Positions 57,440-64,000 of a DNA stretch of 64,000 nt are shown here, in pieces. Position 1 is the stretch's first letter, and each line of letters starts with the position of its first letter. The notes below the pieces were generated by a model, which was not told where the DNA came from, searched no databases, and was given only the letters and a program-made list of their open reading frames with translations. The translations under genes were made by a program, and so were the position numbers. The DNA lies in assembly GCA_964016885.1 (NCBI GenBank), contig OZ024746.1, positions 97,092,001 to 97,156,000 of the forward strand, given 5' to 3'. Source of the stretch: Eledone cirrhosa (lineage: Eukaryota).

Positions 57440-59030
57440 TCACAGAAGCCTCTAAAAAAACCTAGTCTCCATGGGTCTGAGAAAAGTACCAAATTGGTGA
57501 TTAGCCTGAATGAGACCACTAAAACATGACCATATGGCTGGAAACAGTAAATAGATCCATACTGTAGAATAACAAGGGATGTGTTCAGACGTTAGGAAGA
57601 GGGCCCTGTTTGAAAAATATATAGCAGCCTTCACCCAATATTGCAAGAACTGGCAATGGGTTTGCAGCCTATCCTGGGAGGTGTGGGAGGAAAGCACACA
57701 ATTTACATATCCCAAGACTTCAGAGAGAGTCTGGAAGGGAGCAAACCTTGTTACTTGTTAACTGAAACATTACAACCCTTACAGATAGGAGCAGGAACTA
57801 GTGGTGGAGGCCAGATGCTACCAGCTAGAAAGAAATAGTCAGGGTTTCATCAACATTGTTCTGGTTCTGTAGATTTGGATGGAAGTGTGGCAGCAGAAAT
57901 GACATGACTGCACAGGTGGCAGAGGGCAGCTCATAAGCTCCTGGCAGTCAGAATATGTTATAAACAGGTTCCCATTAGATGGGAGTATTTGTTTTATGAA
58001 GCTGAGGCTGGAAGAAAGGTTTCAGTGGGTGGTGCAATTTTATGTACCAAACAATGCCTGAATACAGATCCTTCCTTGATGATGTCACTGCAGCGTTAGA
58101 TGTAGTTAAGACTGAGTCATATATTCTAATGGGAGAATTTAATGAACATGTTGGCACTGATCACCTGGCATGGACAGAAATGATTGAAAGGAACAGGAAT
58201 CCTGATCTAAATATGAATGGAGAGACTTTATTAGATTTTGGTTCCAGTAATGGGCTCTTTATTATGAACACTTTCTTCCAGCACAGCAACAGACATATCA
58301 ACACATGATATAAGGGTAATTGTGGACAGAGATCAATATATAATTTTGTTATAGTTTCTGATCTCTTTGAATTTGTTTTGGATGATCGTGTTAAGAAAGG
58401 GACTGAGCTGTCAACTTATTACAAGCTAGTTATCTGCAATCTGAAACTACTAAAAGTCAATAGAACCCACAAAAGTTGCAGGTCCAACTTAATCTACAGG
58501 ATAAAGTGGGAAGCACTGGCAGATAAGAAAGTCTATAACAAGTTTGCAGATACAACTGCTTTCAAATTCAGAGAACTTGAGCAAATTGAGGACAGCTTAA
58601 GTGGCTTGGTGTGACACCAGATGGCAGGAGGATCCCTTGGTTCAATCAAGTGGTCAAAAATGCCATCCAAGCAAAGAAGGGGACTTACAAAGCTTGGCTT
58701 GGAATTCCTCCTTCTTGATTTTTGCAGTTCAAGCATGTGCAAGAGGTTGCAGTGAAGACAGTAAAGGTGTTTACAGTTAAGATATGGAAGGACTTTGAAT
58801 CTGACTTCAGAATAGCAATTAAAGTATTCTGGTACACTATATGCTGACTTTATAATAAGAAGTCCTCCTCCATGCCAGCTATGAGAAACACTTGTGGGGA
58901 TCTCCTCTCTACAGAGAAGTGCATCCTCACAAGGTGGAGAGAATACTTTGTTGATCTCCTAAACCCAGTCACAACAGCATCTTAAGGTGTACATATAGTG
59001 CATCTGGAAGCAATGACTAACCCCTTGAGG
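57440..59030 (+). mobile_element. Decayed RTE LINE, AP-endonuclease to pre-RT region
   Basis: ILMGEFNEHVG (GDFNA-like) and NGETLLDF...GLFIMNTFFQH. 58880-58970 matches the reverse complement of 4580-4660. Confidence 0.85.
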
Positions 59031-59043
59031 GTAATATATATAC

Positions 59044-59084
<41 letters not shown>

Positions 59085-59409
59085 TGTGTGTGTGTGTGTG
59101 TGTGAGTGTCTGTGTGTGTGTGTGCATGAATACACATATATACACAAACACACACACACTCACATCTCTACATATAGTTCACAAACTTCAAATCATCATT
59201 GTTTTCATTATTCCCTGCTAGCTAGGGTTGGACAGGTCAGCATAGACAAAGTCCACTGAAGCAGAGCCACTGTTTTACCAGGCAGACCAGGGATGTGTCT
59301 CACTTTATGTATGGTAAACGCTCCACTGAGTGTACAGGAGAGATTGTCATCTCTTTGAAACATTAAATCATATTTTCCCTTGTATTTCATTACATATAAT
59401 AATTGTATA

Positions 59410-59510
<101 letters not shown>

Positions 59511-59519
59511 ATGTGTGTG

Positions 59520-59766
59520 TAGATTATGATCTGAAAAGGTGTAAGGAATGTGGCAAGGAACGTGCAATCATGGGAGGTCTTAAAAGACACATGAGAACAC
59601 ACAGCCAGAACAAAGCAATCAAAAGTCCCAGAGGAGCCTATAGTTGCCATATATGTGCCAGAGGGTGCATGTCTTTGGCTGGTTTAAAGAGCCACATTCT
59701 TGCCTCACATATTTTAGCATTTTATCAGGCGATGACAATGCTCGAACACGAGTTTGCAGCCATCAT
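59520..59766 (+). mobile_element. LINE 3' end encoding two C2H2 zinc-finger remnants
   Basis: [14 protein letters not shown] and [15 protein letters not shown], followed by the CTCGAACACGAGTTTGCAGCCATC terminus also seen at 36700-36830. Confidence 0.7.
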
Positions 59767-59799
59767 ATATATATATATATATGTATTTATATGTGTGTA

Positions 59800-60787
59800 T
59801 TTAGCTCTTTCAATTGCACAGAGGGTTCTATAGAAATAGTGGACAGCTTCCGTTACCTGGGTGACAAAATAAGCAGTGGGGGAGGGTGCTTTGAAAGTAC
59901 AGTAGCTAGAGTCAGAACTGGATGGAAAAAGTTCAGAGAGCTTATACCACTATTAGCCGCTAAAGGGTTCTCCCTAAAAATGAAAGGCAGGTTATACGAT
60001 GCCTGCATACGAACAGCAATGCTGCATGGCAGTGAGACCTGGGCATTGTGTGCAGAGGATATACGCAGACTAGAGAGGAACGAAGCTTGCATGCTCCGCT
60101 GGATGTGTAATAGTAATATACGCAAACGGCAAAGCATAAACGAACTAAGGAAAAAATTAGAAATAAGAGGGATCAGATGTTGTTTACTCGAGAGAAGGCT
60201 ACGTTGGTATGGTCACGTGATGCGCATGAAAGACGACAGCTGTATAAAAAAGTGCAGGGCAATAAAGATAGACGGTAGTCACGGAGTAGGCAGACCCAGA
60301 AAAACCTGGGACGACCTTATAAACTCCGACCTCACACACTTACACCTCTCCAAGACAATGTCACTGGACCGAGATCTTTGGTGGCACTCAGTAATAGAGA
60401 AGACCCGCCTTATCTAAATACAAAGTAAAACCTACTACAGTCAGTAGGCATCTCTAACAAAATACACCCCCATCTCACCACCCCACCCCATCCACACCGC
60501 CCCTTTCAATGTAAAGTTATGTTGGTGCCACAACATTCAGGCCGAAACAAATGAGATCGTGTAGGTGTCACGACAAAAAAAACACACAGTTCATGCTGTA
60601 ATGTGGCCGTGTAGGCAACATGGTAAAAACCTCCCAGTCCCACACTGTAAATGTGGTTGGTGTTAGGAAGGGCATCCAGCTGTAGAAAACCTGCCAGACA
60701 GTCCTATGCGAGCAAGACAACCACTCTTGCCTCAAGTGAGAAAACTCCCGTCCAAACCCATGCAAGCGTGGAACATGGACGTTAAAC

Positions 60788-60820
<33 letters not shown>
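59800..60820 (+). mobile_element. 5'-truncated RTE LINE (subfamily A), open C-terminal ORF to 60417 plus ~370-nt SINE-like 3' UTR
   Basis: SFRYLGD, LHGSETW, RRLRWYGHVMRM and GRPRKTW motifs, (GAT)n tail. Confidence 0.9.
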
Positions 60821-60829
60821 ATATGTGTG

Positions 60830-60868
<39 letters not shown>

Positions 60869-61483
60869 AGCCACATCGTGAATGGTTGCCAAAAACATAT
60901 ATATATATATCTATGACTTTGTCTAGTTTGTGTATATGTAAATCTTTATATTTGATAATCTCCCATAAGGTTGAGATGCAATTTAGGCAATATTAGGCTG
61001 CGCTTTCTAGCAACCAGCTCACTCGCCAATCACATTCTCTCTGACTTAACCACTGCCACGTCACAGTTCTTAGCCATTTTGAATTCGTTTCTGGCAGGGA
61101 TCATTTAAGAAAAATCTTCGTCCAAGTGAGTTTGTTTCCTGATGATTTCGATGCTCATGAATTTATCCTTGATCGAATATTTCCAAAAGCGAATGAAACC
61201 CCACGGGCTAGAAACGTAATCTTGGTATGTTTATATACATTTTTTTCTTCTAACTTTAATTTTACACCTAATTGTGTATGGTTGACGATATATTTAATCG
61301 ATATCCACGTGCTATTGAAGTGCTGGGTAAATATTCTATAGGTGTTGATCGCTGTCATTTATTTATTCATAAGTGCCTTTTAATCTTATAGCCTGGTTTA
61401 ATTGATTTTTGTGTGGTTGATTATGCTGATTGGGAGAGGAGATGGTGTATATATCTTACCAAATGATTCTATGGACATACGTT

Positions 61484-61525
<42 letters not shown>

Positions 61526-61578
61526 CATATATATAGGAAAGAAATAGGATTTCGCCTCAAGCATAACTCTATACAATT

Positions 61579-61934
61579 TGTATAAATATTTCGGATCTCC
61601 AAAGAAATACGGTTTTAGGAAGCTGTAGCTATGCTTGAAGCAAAATCTATTATAAGTTGATCCAACTTATGCAGCTTCATATGCAAATGAGATTAATCAC
61701 CTCATTTACACAGACGAGAAAAGTATCTATTCTCAGCCGTCTTCTAGTCCAGCAGTCGCAAGCGGTGGGAGGGACCGTCCTGACAATGGCCAGTTAAGCC
61801 AGAAATGCATAGACGGTTGTCCTCCTTGCTTCTACTGGTCATCACCAGAGGGCGTTAGTCCCCCCCCCCTCGGTGTTTGCATAGCTACGGCTTCCTAAAA
61901 CCGTATTTCTTTGGAGATACGAAATATTTATACA
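61579..61934. mobile_element. Inverted-repeat element (probable PLE end) in (TA)n context
   Basis: 56-bp arms 61579-61634 / 61879-61934 around a GC-richer spacer. Confidence 0.55.
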
Positions 61935-62031
61935 TATATATAAATGCATGTAAAAGGTAAACAGAAATAACAACACAATTGGTACAGTATATGGAAGGGA
62001 TTAGGTTAACACTTAATATAAAGGAAGAGGG

Positions 62032-62067
62032 TCTTAACGTTTCGGACGCTAGTCCTTCATCAGAAGA
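62032..62067 (-). ncRNA. Minimal hammerhead ribozyme motif (identical to 1138-1173)
   Basis: Exact reverse complement of the 1138-1173 motif, within a second copy of the element (~61945-62150). Confidence 0.7.
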
Positions 62068-62778
62068 AAGAATGAGAAATAAGATAGATTTAGGGGACGG
62101 GCGGGATGGAATTGGAAAAAATGTCTTTAGATAAAAATAACAATATATGTATATATATATGTATGTATATGGTTGCATTGGTATGGACATGTGATGATTA
62201 TGAAGGATGACATCTGCATAAAAAGGTGCAGAGCACTAGACGTCGATGGAAGCCTTGAAGTGGGGAGACCCAAGAAGACCTGGGGTGAGGTGATAAAAGG
62301 TGACCTCTAAAAGGTGATGACTTATGACCATGACCTCTGGCGTTATGCAGTAATACAGAAGATCCGACTTCCCATGGGTACAAGCCGAAGCTGAGGCATA
62401 TAGACAATATACTCCCACCCCCTCCCACTGAAAAGTGGCCGTGGAGGTGTCAGGACAAAAGAGTACCCAGCTCACACTGTTAATACGGTTGATGTTAGGA
62501 AGGGCATCCAGCTGTAGAGATTATGCCAAAATCAGTTCCCATATGAGCAAGACATGGTCAGCCAACCGGACACCCGACTGGACAACCCGTCTAACCCATG
62601 CTAGCGTGGAAGAACGGACGTGTGATGATGATGATGATATGTAATATATGTGATTATAATAGTACTTCACTATTATCTTTGCTAAGGTGAGAGAAACTCT
62701 ATGCAGAGTACAAGCTATATTTAAACGGACATAGAAAGAAAAAATGAATGTAAGTTATTAACTTTGGTCTTTTGTCAT

Positions 62779-62872
<94 letters not shown>

Positions 62873-62919
62873 TTTATACATATATATATATACATATATA
62901 TACATATATATATACAATA

Positions 62920-63150
62920 ATATTTAATAAGTGGAAACTATATTTATAAAACCATATTTATTCTATTATATATATTTCAAGAGTACCAAAACTTTGGTAC
63001 GCTTTCATCAGATAATATACAAAGATTGTTTTACAAATTTTGACATAACCAAGAAAAGATACCTTACCGGTTCATGTTTTTCTTGGATAGTTTTGGTACC
63101 TTGAACTATATATAGTAGAATAAATATATTTTCCATTTATTAAATATCAT
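62920..63150. mobile_element. Degenerate palindromic PLE-like end with hammerhead-like core
   Basis: Imperfect inverted arms. Minus-strand CTGATGA-aagc-gtacca..tggtac-tctt-GAAA, with a non-canonical cleavage-site register. Confidence 0.45.
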
Positions 63151-63580
63151 TGAATATTATACTCCAAAAAACTTGTCGAGTGCTCTGAATCAGTTATAAA
63201 CATTTATATTTGTTGAATTACCAACAAATTGTATATCCCTTTTGCTTACATATAAATATATATATATATATATCATCATCATCATCATCATCAACGTTTA
63301 ACGTCCGTGTTCCACGCTTGCATGGGTTTGGACGGGGGTAGTCCCACTTGAGGCAAGAGTGATTTTCTTGCTCGCATAGGACTGTCTGGCAGGTTTTCTA
63401 CAGTTGGATGCCCTTCCTAACACCAACCACATTTACAGATATATATATAGATATATATAGATATATATACATATAGATATATATAGATATATATAGATAT
63501 ATATACATATATATATATATACATATATATATGTATATATATGTATATATATATATATTTATATATTTATATGTATATAT

Positions 63581-63581
<1 letters not shown>

Positions 63582-63612
<31 letters not shown>

Positions 63613-64000
63613 TTTACGTCCGCTTTTCCCTGCTTGCAAGGGTGGGACGGGTCTTATTCAGCACAGCATCTCTCCACTCGTCACGGTCCCTCGTCATCTC
63701 CACCGTGAGCTTCAATGATCTGAGGTCTGTTCTCACCACCTCCGCCCATGTTTTTCGTGGTCTACCTCTACCACGTCTTCCTTCAACTGGCATTTCCTGG
63801 CACTTCTTCACCCATCGGTCATCCTCCATGCGCATCACATGTCCATACCACCTCAGTCTCCTCTCCCGTACACTACATTCTATCCCTCTCAGACACAGTT
63901 TCTCTCTCAACACATTTATGCTGGGTCGTTCACGCACATTTACACTGCACATCCAACGGAGCATGCTTGCCTCATTTCTCTCCAGCCGTCGCATATCCTC
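63582..64000 (-). mobile_element. RTE LINE 3' end (subfamily C), continues beyond the window
   Basis: ORF 63614-63994 (RRLRWYGHVMRM..GRPRKTW..KTRPTLASREKRT*) runs directly into the (ATG)n tail. Confidence 0.9.

Noticed and set aside
59644-60417. 257-aa ORF as an intact gene
   Set aside because: Fortuitous fusion of one LINE 3' end, a (TA) tract and a 5'-truncated RTE ORF.

Overview
Eukaryotic, very AT-rich, repeat-dense DNA. The SINE/RTE repertoire and the (TA)n/(CAT)n/(CA)n microsatellites look like an octopod cephalopod genome; this is recognition from memory, not a search. No complete host gene is present, and nearly all ORFs in the track are microsatellite translations or decayed LINE fragments. 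The window is best read as large 3'-end intron(s) of an unidentified minus-strand gene, with several short candidate exons (47210-47239, 46668-46682, 41149-41429, 17221-17334) that would give alternative short C-termini. Interspersed elements: about 20 copies of a tRNA-derived SINE, CORE-like SINEs, RTE and CR1 LINE fragments, and piggyBac-, hAT- and Tc1/mariner-type MITEs. There is also a notable set of Penelope-like palindromic ends, mostly in or beside (TA)n tracts, several carrying minimal hammerhead ribozyme cores. The most interesting signals are the hammerhead-bearing fold-back elements whose inversion breakpoints fall at the ribozyme, the candidate regulated micro-/terminal-exon cluster with a distant branch point, RTE LINEs whose 3' ends are SINE-like, an internally deleted RTE derivative, and a 41-bp minisatellite built from a SINE promoter head.
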